This document shows positions 1 to 9,818 of a stretch of 40,000 nucleotides of DNA, piece by piece. This DNA comes from Citrobacter amalonaticus (GTDB lineage: Bacteria; Pseudomonadota; Gammaproteobacteria; Enterobacterales; Enterobacteriaceae). Below the pieces are notes generated by a model. The model made no database searches, had not been told where the DNA came from, and was given only the letters and a program-made list of their open reading frames with translations. The stretch's first letter is position 1, and every line of letters begins with the position of its first letter. The position numbers and the translations under genes are program-made. The stretch lies in assembly GCF_037053465.1 (NCBI RefSeq), contig NZ_JBALIF010000003.1:98017-138016 (forward strand), given 5' to 3'.

Positions 1-478
1 GCACAAATAGTTATGTCTTTAGGCAAATTGCGCGACTTAGCTACGATTACCTTCTCCATCATAGCCTTGGATGTACCCATCGCATTAATAGGGTATACAG
101 CTTTATCAGTACTTAAGCAAACAATGCGGCTAACTTTGTTGGTGATCGCTGCCTCTAATACATTGTCTGTACCGATAACGTTGGTCTTAACCGCTTCCAT
201 CGGATAGAACTCACATGATGGTACTTGCTTTAATGCCGCTGCGTGATAAATATAATCAACGCCACGAGTCGCAGCTAAAACACTGTTATAATCTCTTACA
301 TCACCAATGTAGAATTTCAATTTATCACTTGCGTATTTTTTGCGCATATCATCTTGTTTCTTTTCATCACGACTAAAAATACGGATTTCACCAATGTCTG
401 ACTCAAGAAATCGACGCAATACTGCGTTACCGAATGAACCTGTTCCACCAGTAATTAATAAAGTTTTATTTTTAAACA
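1..478 (-). CDS. fnlA: UDP-GlcNAc 4,6-dehydratase/5-epimerase of the FnlA/CapE/WbjB family; N-terminal 159 codons only, gene runs off the left edge
   Basis: Absent from the ORF track because it is open at the window edge. Hand translation of the reverse strand from ATG 478-476 gives MFKNKTLLITGGTGSFGNAVLRRFLESDIGEIRIFSRDEKKQDDMRKKY...YHAAALKQVPSCEFYPMEAVKTNVIGTDNVLEAA...CLSTDKAVYPINAMGTSKAMMEK. This carries the GGTGSFG Rossmann motif and the STDKA/MGxSK signature I recognise from CapE/FnlA. A strong SD (GAGGGGG) lies a few nt upstream of the ATG. PseB-type enzymes are related, so the exact sugar product is inferred. Confidence 0.75.
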
Positions 479-489
479 TTTATACCCCC

Positions 490-1563
490 TCAAAAAAAAT
501 TTTCTAACACGTTCCAGCCATCTGATGAAATGTCAGTTAATGGTGGATATTTTTCTGGTACTTCGCCCTTACGGTATTTTATAATAAATTCAGCCCATAT
601 ATTTTCATCTTCATGGCTAAAGAAAAAGGCTCCTTCATAATCTTGTAGTGCTTCATGAGCATAGGGAAGATCACTAACGAGTATTAACTTACCCAAGTAT
701 GCAGCTTCAATTAGAGGCAAACCAACTGTCTCTAATCGACTTGGAAATAGGATAAAATCAACAGAGCTATACAACTCGTATAATTTTTGTTGCGATAATA
801 CACCATGAAAAACAAAATTATCGATAAGTCCTTGACTTGATATATATCTAATTAAATCCACATCCATTTCAGGCTTAAACGTAAAATGCACTCGTATTTC
901 TTTTAAATGTTCTGGAGCTATTTTTTTTAAAATATCTATAAAAAACCTATGATTTTTATAATAAAAAGGTGTTGCTGGATATAAAATATTTGTTAAATTT
1001 TTATCAGCGCTATTTTCAATTCTCTCAACATAATCTAGCCTAAATTTTGGTTTTACAACCTGTATTTGATGTGGAGATATATTTTTTTTCTTAATTACAG
1101 CTTGGCGCATCCATTCAGTTTGGACCAACCAAGTATCCACTTTGGATGAGAAAAGGAAAATAAAATGAGAATAGAATATTTTATAAAGCCAAATTTTTAT
1201 CCCAATTTTCGTAAACGGTGTATCAATATCTGAAAAAGGTATTGATTGCTGAATATAGACAAGTTGTTTTCCATCAACATTAACACTTGTATTTTGCAAT
1301 GATACTACAGAACTATATTCAATATTTAACGCTTTAATTGCTTGTCTTAATCCAAAAACATCCCAATAAATCCTTTGCAGCCAATTTTTAGATGGGATTT
1401 CAATCCTAACAACATTTTTAGGGATTTTTAGCTCAACATTTCCTGGAGTGAATATATAAAAAGTAATATCTATTTGAGTGGATGCAAACGCAAGAAACTG
1501 TTTAAGAATGCTTAAACCCCCACTACTTGCCAGAGCAGTTGCTGAAACAATAACATTCTTCAT
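490..1563 (-). CDS. Glycosyltransferase, GT-B fold (GT4-like), O-antigen unit assembly; acceptor and donor unknown
   Basis: ORF 490..1581. The C-terminal half carries the E-x7-E motif typical of GT4 retaining transferases (RLETVGLPLIEAAYLG). It is embedded in the O-antigen cluster. I prefer the start at Met7 (ATG 1563-1561, MKNVIVSATAL), which is preceded by AGGA. The ORF-track start at 1581 is only 6 nt from the wzy stop. Confidence 0.75.
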   Translation of the reverse strand: MKNVIVSATALASSGGLSILKQFLAFASTQIDITFYIFTPGNVELKIPKNVVRIEIPSKNWLQRIYWDVFGLRQAIKALNIEYSSVVSLQNTSVNVDGKQLVYIQQSIPFSDIDTPFTKIGIKIWLYKIFYSHFIFLFSSKVDTWLVQTEWMRQAVIKKKNISPHQIQVVKPKFRLDYVERIENSADKNLTNILYPATPFYYKNHRFFIDILKKIAPEHLKEIRVHFTFKPEMDVDLIRYISSQGLIDNFVFHGVLSQQKLYELYSSVDFILFPSRLETVGLPLIEAAYLGKLILVSDLPYAHEALQDYEGAFFFSHEDENIWAEFIIKYRKGEVPEKYPPLTDISSDGWNVLENFF

Positions 1564-1587
1564 AATTATCCTATATGCCAATCTAAA

Positions 1588-2778
1588 CTAGAGTGAGCAG
1601 AGAAAACCTGCATCGAGACTGTATAATACATCACATTTTTTCTTTGCTTCTAACCTAAGTTGACTATCAGTAAGATCATCAATTCTTTGTACAATAGTTT
1701 TCTGAGTTACTAAATTATATCTGCTAATATCATACATAAATGGACGCAAGGTTTGAATTGCCATAAATAAAAATATCAGATATTTTATAAAAATATTTTT
1801 AGTGGGAATATAAGGAAATATAATTGAGCGTCCCAAATTAACATAAATACAGAAAACGATAAATGGGAAAAAATACCATCCAACTCTAGTCATTACGGGC
1901 ATAACTTTCCCTATAAGAATGGCAAAAGTAATAAATAATACTACACCAAATGAAGTAACAGCATTCATATAGTAATATTTATCATTTGTATGATAGTTTA
2001 GAGAATATATTAATCTCCTTGAGAAAACGATTACATATATGAGTACTAAATCAAATAATGCGCCTATGCCAATAGAAAGTTGAGGTTTATACTGTTCAGT
2101 ATTTAAATAAAAATAGAGTTTTAATGCTACGGGGGAGTTTGATGGCATGCACGAGATGAGAAAACTTATCAGCTGTTCCGGTATAAGAATAAAACAACAA
2201 GCAAAAATTAACACTAGCGTCTCTAATTTTTTACTCAGCCTACAATTTAGCATTGGTATTAACATGACAACAAAAATAAATGCAGAGGTATGAAATAAAC
2301 TTGCAGCTAATACAAACAAGATAAATCTCATTTTTCGCTGCCGATATACTTCAATTATTGCTGATAAAATAAATGTTAGTGCCAGGGCTTGTCTAATCGC
2401 TTCGAAATATAAGACCCATATAAACATAGCCATGAAAAAAGAAAACACCAAGGCTGGTTTATCGAATTTACAGCAAAAATAGTAGAGTCGAATTAAAACA
2501 AGCCCTGATAATATTATACTAAATAGATAATACCCCGCAAAACCTAATGCGTAAACTAAAAATGTATAACCGGGTTCAAAATAAACGCTATCAGGTTGAC
2601 AAACATCATTCCATATACAATCATAATTGCTAAAATAACCTAACCAATCATTGCCACTGGGATAAGCCAAGATAAGATAAGCAATTGACAAAACCAATGC
2701 AATAACACCACATTGTCTGGTATTTGTAAGGAAAATAAGAACATAACCTAATAGAAGAAAGAAAATTATATAGAGCAT
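1588..2778 (-). CDS. wzy: O-antigen polymerase Wzy (EpsG-like multi-spanning membrane protein)
   Basis: 396 aa, extremely hydrophobic and rich in F/I/L/Y, with many predicted TM segments. It has an EpsG-family-like N-terminal motif (PSGNDWLGYFSNYD). It sits between two GT genes next to wzx in a very AT-rich stretch, which is typical for wzy. It overlaps the upstream GT2 gene by 13 nt. Confidence 0.7.
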   Translation of the reverse strand: MLYIIFFLLLGYVLIFLTNTRQCGVIALVLSIAYLILAYPSGNDWLGYFSNYDCIWNDVCQPDSVYFEPGYTFLVYALGFAGYYLFSIILSGLVLIRLYYFCCKFDKPALVFSFFMAMFIWVLYFEAIRQALALTFILSAIIEVYRQRKMRFILFVLAASLFHTSAFIFVVMLIPMLNCRLSKKLETLVLIFACCFILIPEQLISFLISCMPSNSPVALKLYFYLNTEQYKPQLSIGIGALFDLVLIYVIVFSRRLIYSLNYHTNDKYYYMNAVTSFGVVLFITFAILIGKVMPVMTRVGWYFFPFIVFCIYVNLGRSIIFPYIPTKNIFIKYLIFLFMAIQTLRPFMYDISRYNLVTQKTIVQRIDDLTDSQLRLEAKKKCDVLYSLDAGFLCSL

Positions 2779-3647
2779 TTAATGTAATACCATATAAATA
2801 TTAGAGTATAAATTTTCTTACTACCATGTTTGACGTAAGGGACTAAGTTTTGAAATAAGAATATTTTTTTATCAAAGCCAATTGAAAAACGTTCATCTAA
2901 AGCTTGCTGCATGATGAGAGTTTTAATTACAGCAACTTTGATTTTTTCCAGATATTTTTTGATATTACTCATTTTCCCAAGAATTGTATTTTTGCGTCCA
3001 CCAACCACATTTGAAGAATGCTGTCTATAACTTACCGATTTGTAATCAAAATATCTTAACTGCCCACTAACATGCGCGACTATGCTTAACCAATGATCAT
3101 GCATTGTAATATTTTTGGGGAAAGGCATTGCTAATTGGAGCAATCTTCTATTTATTAATGTTGAGCAACCATAAATACTGGATTTCCACCGCAATCTATC
3201 AAAGTCTAGGTTTTCTTGAGGCAGAATATTATTAGCCTCATAGTAACTACTATTTAGAGTTTTATTTTTTTCGTCTATGAGTTTAAGATCTGTAAATAAC
3301 ATTAATGGTACATCGCTTTCAATTGATAAAAATTCAGAGAGCATAACATCCAGTCTTTCAGGTGGCCATATATCATCCTGATCACAAAAAAAAATATGGT
3401 CTGCTTCTACAAATTCTAAGGCTTTAGCAAAATTTTCTATGACCCCCCCCTGTCGCTCACAATTTACTAATACTATCCTTTTATCCAATGATGACATTTC
3501 ATTTATTATTCCTACAGTATTATCGGAGGATGAATCATCACTGATAAGCAATCGCCAGTTCTTATATGTTTGATTTTGTATGGAGATAATTTGCTCTCGT
3601 ATAAAAGAAGCACCATTGTATGATGCCATAACTATATCAACAAACAT
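2766..3647 (-). CDS. Glycosyltransferase family 2 (GT-A fold), probable rhamnosyl- or hexosyltransferase of O-unit assembly
   Basis: The N-terminus VDIVMASYNGASFIREQIISIQNQTYKNWRLLISDDSSSDNT followed by FFCDQDD (DxD) is the classic GT2 catalytic domain. The gene contains a G8 run (plus-strand C8, 3443-3450) and a T9 run (plus-strand A9, 3386-3394). Confidence 0.8.
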   Translation of the reverse strand: MFVDIVMASYNGASFIREQIISIQNQTYKNWRLLISDDSSSDNTVGIINEMSSLDKRIVLVNCERQGGVIENFAKALEFVEADHIFFCDQDDIWPPERLDVMLSEFLSIESDVPLMLFTDLKLIDEKNKTLNSSYYEANNILPQENLDFDRLRWKSSIYGCSTLINRRLLQLAMPFPKNITMHDHWLSIVAHVSGQLRYFDYKSVSYRQHSSNVVGGRKNTILGKMSNIKKYLEKIKVAVIKTLIMQQALDERFSIGFDKKIFLFQNLVPYVKHGSKKIYTLIFIWYYIKCSI

Positions 3648-3650
3648 ATT

Positions 3651-4886
3651 TTACCTTTTTGAAAAAAAATACAACAAGATTAAATCACATAAAGTACGAA
3701 GAGACCACGCGACAGATGTACCAATTAAACCAAAATGCTCAGTTAGTACAAAGAGAATTATTAAATAAGGAATCACTTCAAACGCATGAATAAATGCTGT
3801 AATTTTTGACCTACCCTTTGCTTGAATAATTGCAAATGGTATCTGTGCTAATGAGTTAAAATAAAATCCAAGTAGCAAAATGCATAATATAGTCGAGCTA
3901 TTGCCTGCATATTGAGGCCCCAGCCAAGTAGATAGAATGAATGATGAGAATATGCACCCTAAAATAACTATTGGCAGACATACTAATGAAATAATAAAAT
4001 AACTCTTTGTTTCAAGTTGATACTGTTCTTTTTTTGTTTGAATATTACTTAATTTAGGAAACAGTGCTCGCGATAAAGCCGTTGGGATATTCAAAAGTCT
4101 AGCAACGCCCTCAGCTGGTGCAGTATAGAAAGCTATCTTATTTGCGCCCAATAGGCTTGAAATAACAAATCGGTCAAAGTAGACCATAATTGGACTAATT
4201 ATATTACTAATAGTCATCCAACCTCCAAAGCTAACCAATCGAATTAGAGTTAACTTGTGAATTTTGAAAGTCACATCAAAAAGCAAATGTCTTATGGAAA
4301 CAGCTACCATGATGAATGTAATTATTCTACCCAGCATCAAGCCTACTACAGCATAAATTAGTGAATGCTCATAGCTTGTTAATATTGCTGGAAGGAAAGC
4401 TAATATAGAACTACTAATAACTCTCTGTATATTAATACTACCGAAATTTTCCATCCCTTCTAAATATGCCAACCAAATTTGACCAACTAAATAAATTGGA
4501 ATTATTACTGAAAGAATTCTAAATGATACAACAGTATCATTATAATGCACATTTGAAACTTTAAGTAGTACTGCTAATTGACTGGCAAAACTGTATAGCA
4601 TAAGACTTGCAAACATTCCTAGCATAAGCACAATAACTGTTGCTGTACCTATTACTTTCTTCTGTTCAGCGTCTTCCCCCCTTAAAATTGATATTTCACG
4701 AATAACAGCCCTGGTTATTCCTCCATCAAAAATGCTAGCATAGCCTACAATTGCAAAAGTAAGGGTAAATAGCCCAAACAATTCTGGCCCTAATGCTCTG
4801 GCTAACACTCCCAAACATGGAATCGCGATTATGGTGGGTATCGCAAATCCAGCTAAATTATATATACTATGCTTGATAAGACTCAT
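3651..4886 (-). CDS. wzx: O-antigen flippase Wzx (polysaccharide transporter/MOP superfamily)
   Basis: 411 aa multi-spanning membrane protein with a PST-type N-terminus (NLAGFAIPTIIAIPCLGVLARALGPELFGLFTLTFAIVGY). It lies immediately after rmlC in the O-antigen cluster and is AT-rich. Confidence 0.8.
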   Translation of the reverse strand: MSLIKHSIYNLAGFAIPTIIAIPCLGVLARALGPELFGLFTLTFAIVGYASIFDGGITRAVIREISILRGEDAEQKKVIGTATVIVLMLGMFASLMLYSFASQLAVLLKVSNVHYNDTVVSFRILSVIIPIYLVGQIWLAYLEGMENFGSINIQRVISSSILAFLPAILTSYEHSLIYAVVGLMLGRIITFIMVAVSIRHLLFDVTFKIHKLTLIRLVSFGGWMTISNIISPIMVYFDRFVISSLLGANKIAFYTAPAEGVARLLNIPTALSRALFPKLSNIQTKKEQYQLETKSYFIISLVCLPIVILGCIFSSFILSTWLGPQYAGNSSTILCILLLGFYFNSLAQIPFAIIQAKGRSKITAFIHAFEVIPYLIILFVLTEHFGLIGTSVAWSLRTLCDLILLYFFSKR

Positions 4887-4901
4887 TTTTATATCATCAT
4901 T

Positions 4902-5453
4902 TTAAAAGGAAATGTTATTTTCTAACAAATCACCGTTGAGATCTTTTTCCGAAATGATTGGTGATAATTTATCAATTACTGGCCAAGTGATATTTAAAAC
5001 TGGATCATTCCAAAGTAATGCTTGTTCAAATGATGGTTTATAAAAATTAGTACATTTATAAACAAATTCTGTGTTATCCTGTAGCACATAGAACCCATGT
5101 GCAAATCCTTCAGGAATCCATAGCTGGCGTTTATTTTCGGCTGAAAGGTTAACACCTACCCATTTCCCAAAGGTCGGGGATGATTTGCGAATATCAACTG
5201 CCACATCAAATACTTCACCTACGACACATCTCACTAGTTTTCCTTGAGCAAACGGGGCTAGCTGATAGTGAAGACCGCGTAAAACGCCTTTTTTTGACTT
5301 TGAATGATTGTCCTGGACAAATTCAACCTTCCGACCTACAGCTTCTTCAAATACTTTTTGGTTAAAACTCTCAAAGAAAAAGCCGCGATCATCGCCAAAA
5401 ACTTTTGGTTCGAAAATGAGTACATCAGGGATTTCTGTTTTGATTACATTCAT
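4902..5453 (-). CDS. rmlC: dTDP-4-dehydrorhamnose 3,5-epimerase
   Basis: 183 aa. Motifs FEPKVFGDDRGFFFESF, RGLHYQ and AHGF are characteristic of RmlC/RfbC. It follows rmlA by 4 nt. Confidence 0.95.
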   Translation of the reverse strand: MNVIKTEIPDVLIFEPKVFGDDRGFFFESFNQKVFEEAVGRKVEFVQDNHSKSKKGVLRGLHYQLAPFAQGKLVRCVVGEVFDVAVDIRKSSPTFGKWVGVNLSAENKRQLWIPEGFAHGFYVLQDNTEFVYKCTNFYKPSFEQALLWNDPVLNITWPVIDKLSPIISEKDLNGDLLENNISF

Positions 5454-5457
5454 TTTA

Positions 5458-6336
<879 letters not shown>

Positions 6337-6356
6337 GTCAATTTCTCTTAAATACA

Positions 6357-6378
6357 AAATGCCCGCAAGCGGGCATTT
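6357..6378 (-). terminator. Terminator-like or mRNA-stabilising hairpin in the rmlD-rmlA spacer
   Basis: 9-bp stem (6357-6365 pairs with 6370-6378; plus strand aaatgcccg caag cgggcattt) with a 4-nt loop. On the minus strand it is followed by tgtattt, giving a U-rich tail. Confidence 0.35.
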
Positions 6379-6387
6379 AAATTAGAA

Positions 6388-7287
6388 TCAGATAGTCGTT
6401 GATGTAAAAAGCTCAGCCAACATACGTTTGACACCTGCTTCCCAGGTTGGCAATACTAATCCAAATTCATTTTGAAATTTATCCGTATTCAACCGGGAAT
6501 TATTCGGACGTCGGGCTGGCGTAGGATAAGCGCTGGTTGGCACAGCATTAACATGCGTGACGGCCAATTCGACACCGGCTTTACGTGCTTCTTCAAAGAC
6601 CAGGGAAGCGTATTCATGCCAGGTTGTCGTTCCACTCGCAACCAGATGATAAAGACCTGCAACCTCAGGCTTATTCATTGCAACACGAATAGCATGTGCC
6701 GTGCAGTCTGCCAGCAATTCTGCGCCAGTTGGCGCGCCAAACTGATCGTTGATAACGGACAGCGTTTGGCGTTCTTTTGCAAGGCGCAGCATTGTTTTCG
6801 CGAAATTATTCCCTTTACCTGCATAGACCCAACTGGTACGGAAAATAAGATGCTTGCCGCAATTTTCCTGCAGCGCCTTTTCGCCCGCGAGTTTGGTTTC
6901 ACCATAAACATTCAGCGGGGCCGTCTCGTCAGTTTCTCGCCATGCCGTTTCTCCCGTGCCAGGGAAAACGTAATCTGTCGAATAATGTATCACCCATGCG
7001 CCAATTTCATCGGCAGCTTTGGCGATCGCTTCAACGCTGGTTGCATTAAGTAATTGCGCAAATTCAACTTCAGATTCTGCTTTATCAACGGCCGTATGGG
7101 CTGCGGCGTTGACAATCACATCCGGGCGAATACGACGGACGGTTTCAGCCACACCTTGCGGATTACTGAAATCACCGCAGTAATCGGTCGAATGAACATC
7201 CAGCGCAATAAGATTTCCAAGGGGAGCGAGCGAACGCTGTAGTTCCCATCCCACCTGTCCTGTTTTACCAAACAGCAGAATATTCAT
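6388..7287 (-). CDS. rmlD: dTDP-4-dehydrorhamnose reductase
   Basis: 299 aa. [30 protein letters not shown]...STDYVF...YGETKLAGE matches RfbD/RmlD. Its ATG overlaps the rmlB stop by 1 nt (TAATG). Confidence 0.95.
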   Translation of the reverse strand: MNILLFGKTGQVGWELQRSLAPLGNLIALDVHSTDYCGDFSNPQGVAETVRRIRPDVIVNAAAHTAVDKAESEVEFAQLLNATSVEAIAKAADEIGAWVIHYSTDYVFPGTGETAWRETDETAPLNVYGETKLAGEKALQENCGKHLIFRTSWVYAGKGNNFAKTMLRLAKERQTLSVINDQFGAPTGAELLADCTAHAIRVAMNKPEVAGLYHLVASGTTTWHEYASLVFEEARKAGVELAVTHVNAVPTSAYPTPARRPNNSRLNTDKFQNEFGLVLPTWEAGVKRMLAELFTSTTI

Positions 7288-8372
7288 TACAGTCGTTCCC
7301 CGTAATTCTTTTCGATCCAGCTTTGATAGGCACCGCTTTTGATATTTTCAACCCACCGGGTATTTGCCAGATACCATTGAACGGTTTTACGAATCCCGCT
7401 TTCAAAAGTCTCTTGCGGTTTCCATCCTAACTCACGACTAATTTTTTCTGCATCAATGGCGTAGCGACGATCATGACCCGGCCGGTCAGCAACATACGTA
7501 ATCTGATCGCGATAAGTCCCCTCTTTAGGTGCAATCTCATCAAGCAGATCGCAAATCGTATGCACCACGTCCAGGTTCTGCTTCTCGTTATGGCCGCCAA
7601 TGTTGTACGTTTCACCCGGTTTCCCTTGAGTAACAACGGTGTAGAGTGCACGCGCATGATCTTCTACATACAACCAGTCACGGATTTGGTCACCCTTGCC
7701 GTAAACAGGCAAAGCTCGCCCCTCCAGCGCATTAAGTATCACTAACGGAATCAGTTTTTCAGGGAAGTGATAAGGACCGTAATTGTTTGAGCAGTTGGTT
7801 ACGATGGTTGGTAAACCATAGGTGCGCAGCCATGCGCGAACCAGATGATCGCTGGATGCTTTAGAGGCTGAATAGGGGCTGCTCGGCGCATATGCGGTTT
7901 GTTCTGTGAATAGTGGGAGGGGACTCCCCTGCCCGACTTCATCCGGATGAGGGAGATCGCCATAAACTTCGTCAGTCGAAATATGATGAAAACGGAACTT
8001 TGCTTTTTTCACATCGTCCAGGATGGACCAATACTGGCGTGCGGCCTCCAGAAGGACATAAGTCCCCACAATGTTCGTTTCAATAAAGGCAGCGGGGCCG
8101 GAAATGGAACGATCCACATGGCTCTCAGCCGCGAGATGCATCACGGCATCCGGTTGATGTTCATTGAAGATTCGCACCATGGCTTCTGAGTCACATATAT
8201 CTGCATGCTCAAAAGAATAGCGTTCGTTATTAGCGATATCAGTTAGTGATTCGAGGTTACCCGCATACGTTAATTTATCAACGTTGACGACACTGTCCTG
8301 CGTATTATTTATAATATGACGAACAACAGCAGATCCTATAAAACCCGCCCCACCAGTAACAAGTATTTTCAC
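7287..8372 (-). CDS. rmlB: dTDP-glucose 4,6-dehydratase
   Basis: (V)[42 protein letters not shown]...[15 protein letters not shown] is near-identical to enterobacterial RfbB. The start is set at GTG 8372-8370, giving 361 aa, the usual RfbB length. The ORF-track start at 8405 adds 11 residues. Confidence 0.95.
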   Translation of the reverse strand: MKILVTGGAGFIGSAVVRHIINNTQDSVVNVDKLTYAGNLESLTDIANNERYSFEHADICDSEAMVRIFNEHQPDAVMHLAAESHVDRSISGPAAFIETNIVGTYVLLEAARQYWSILDDVKKAKFRFHHISTDEVYGDLPHPDEVGQGSPLPLFTEQTAYAPSSPYSASKASSDHLVRAWLRTYGLPTIVTNCSNNYGPYHFPEKLIPLVILNALEGRALPVYGKGDQIRDWLYVEDHARALYTVVTQGKPGETYNIGGHNEKQNLDVVHTICDLLDEIAPKEGTYRDQITYVADRPGHDRRYAIDAEKISRELGWKPQETFESGIRKTVQWYLANTRWVENIKSGAYQSWIEKNYGERL

Positions 8373-8445
8373 TTTTATTAATCCAGATATTGATAATATC
8401 AGCACTAAAATGCAGATTTATGCTTCAATGAAACGGAATTTAGGG

Positions 8446-8483
8446 CACGCTACCGCCCCTGGCTTAACAGCTACCAGAGCACT
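8446..8483 (-). promoter_or_regulatory. JUMPStart element with ops core (RfaH loading site) in the O-antigen operon leader
   Basis: The plus strand reads cacgctaccgcccctggcttaacagctaccagagcact. Its reverse complement contains GGCGGTAG (ops, plus-strand coordinates 8450-8457) and matches the JUMPStart consensus as I recall it. It lies about 75 nt upstream of the rmlB start. Confidence 0.85.
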
Positions 8484-8748
8484 ACGTACTTCCATAGGCA
8501 TGTTGAACTCTGCACACCGCGCAAAGCCCCGAAACTCAAACACTAATTGTCTTACCAATTGAAGTCAGAAACAAGAAGAAATCTAATAAAATGCAGATCT
8601 CCCCTGAATATACAACCCTCTGAAATTTAATAGGTTTCTGCAAAAATAAAAAAACGGCAGCAACATTCTCAGAGTATTGACATAACCACTTTGAATGTTT
8701 ACTACCGTTGTCTATTTTATGGTCGTTAAGACCATAGGTTTTTAAAGC

Positions 8749-9642
8749 TTACTCGCTAAGCAACTTCTCAATGCCTTTGCGGAATTTTGGCCCTTCTTTC
8801 AGATTACGCAGACCATACTTCACAAACGCCTGCATATAACCCAACTTTTTCCCGCAATCGTAGCTTTCGCCCGTCATCAGCATCGCATCAACTGACTGTT
8901 TTTTCGCCAACGCTGCAATAGCATCCGTTAGCTGGATACGGCCCCAGGCACCCGGCTCCGTCCTTTCCAGTTCAGCCCAGATATCCGCTGAAAGGACGTA
9001 ACGCCCTACCGCCATGAGATCGGAATCCAGTGTTTGTGGTTGATCCGGCTTCTCAATGAATTCAATGATGCGGCTGACTTTACCTTCGTTATCCAGCGGC
9101 TCTTTTGTCTGAATAACAGAGTATTCAGAAAGATCGCCCGGCATACGTTTTGCCAGCACCTGGCTGCGTCCGGTTTCTTCGAAGCGCGCGACCATTGCCG
9201 CGAGGTTATAGCGCAGCGGGTCAGCACTCGCGGAATCGATAATGATATCCGGTAAAACAACCACAAACGGGTTATCGCCGATTGCCGGGCGTGCGCAAAG
9301 AATGGAATGGCCTAACCCAAGCGGTTGTGCCTGGCGCACGTTCATGATCGTTACACCCGGAGGGCAAATAGACTGCACTTCTGCCAGCAGTTGACGCTTT
9401 ACACGCTGCTCCAGAAGAGACTCTAATTCATAAGAGGTGTCGAAATGGTTCTCAACGGCGTTTTTAGACGCGTGAGTCACCAGCAGAATTTCTTTGATCC
9501 CTGCAGCCACAATTTCGTCAACGATGTATTGAATCATGGGTTTGTCGACGATCGGCAGCATCTCTTTGGGAATTGCCTTAGTGGCTGGCAACATGTGCAT
9601 CCCAAGGCCCGCTACCGGAATAACTGCTTTCAAATTACTCAT
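8749..9642 (-). CDS. galF: UTP-glucose-1-phosphate uridylyltransferase paralogue GalF
   Basis: [55 protein letters not shown]. The GLGMHML variant (GalU has GLGTRML) and the position between wcaM and the O-antigen cluster identify GalF. The start is set at ATG 9642-9640, giving 297 aa. Confidence 0.95.
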   Translation of the reverse strand: MSNLKAVIPVAGLGMHMLPATKAIPKEMLPIVDKPMIQYIVDEIVAAGIKEILLVTHASKNAVENHFDTSYELESLLEQRVKRQLLAEVQSICPPGVTIMNVRQAQPLGLGHSILCARPAIGDNPFVVVLPDIIIDSASADPLRYNLAAMVARFEETGRSQVLAKRMPGDLSEYSVIQTKEPLDNEGKVSRIIEFIEKPDQPQTLDSDLMAVGRYVLSADIWAELERTEPGAWGRIQLTDAIAALAKKQSVDAMLMTGESYDCGKKLGYMQAFVKYGLRNLKEGPKFRKGIEKLLSE

Positions 9643-9818
9643 TATTTCATCCACCTGTAAATGGTTGCTGAATTATAGTCTTTTGACTCGTTTTAGCCAG
9701 CATGAATTAGTCAGAGGAAATCATCGCTGCTTTGATACCGATGCTACGCCAGTCGATACGCAATTGCAGTAGCCATAATCTTAAGTATGGATCGATTTCG
9801 CCAGGAATGGTCGCAAAT

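Noticed and set aside
13-207. 64-aa plus-strand ORF at the left edge, and small plus-strand ORFs at 3580-3768, 5180-5365 and 5308-5508
   Set aside because: They lie antisense to fnlA, GT2/wzx, rmlC and rmlA respectively. They are short, lack motifs and sit opposite genes with strong signatures.
8719-8735. Small hairpin (atggtc gttaa gaccat) just downstream of the galF stop, considered as a galF terminator
   Set aside because: The stem is only 6 bp. On the transcribed (minus) strand it is followed by AAAAUAG, not a U-tract. The T-run lies on the plus strand, where no gene ends. It is not convincing as an intrinsic terminator.
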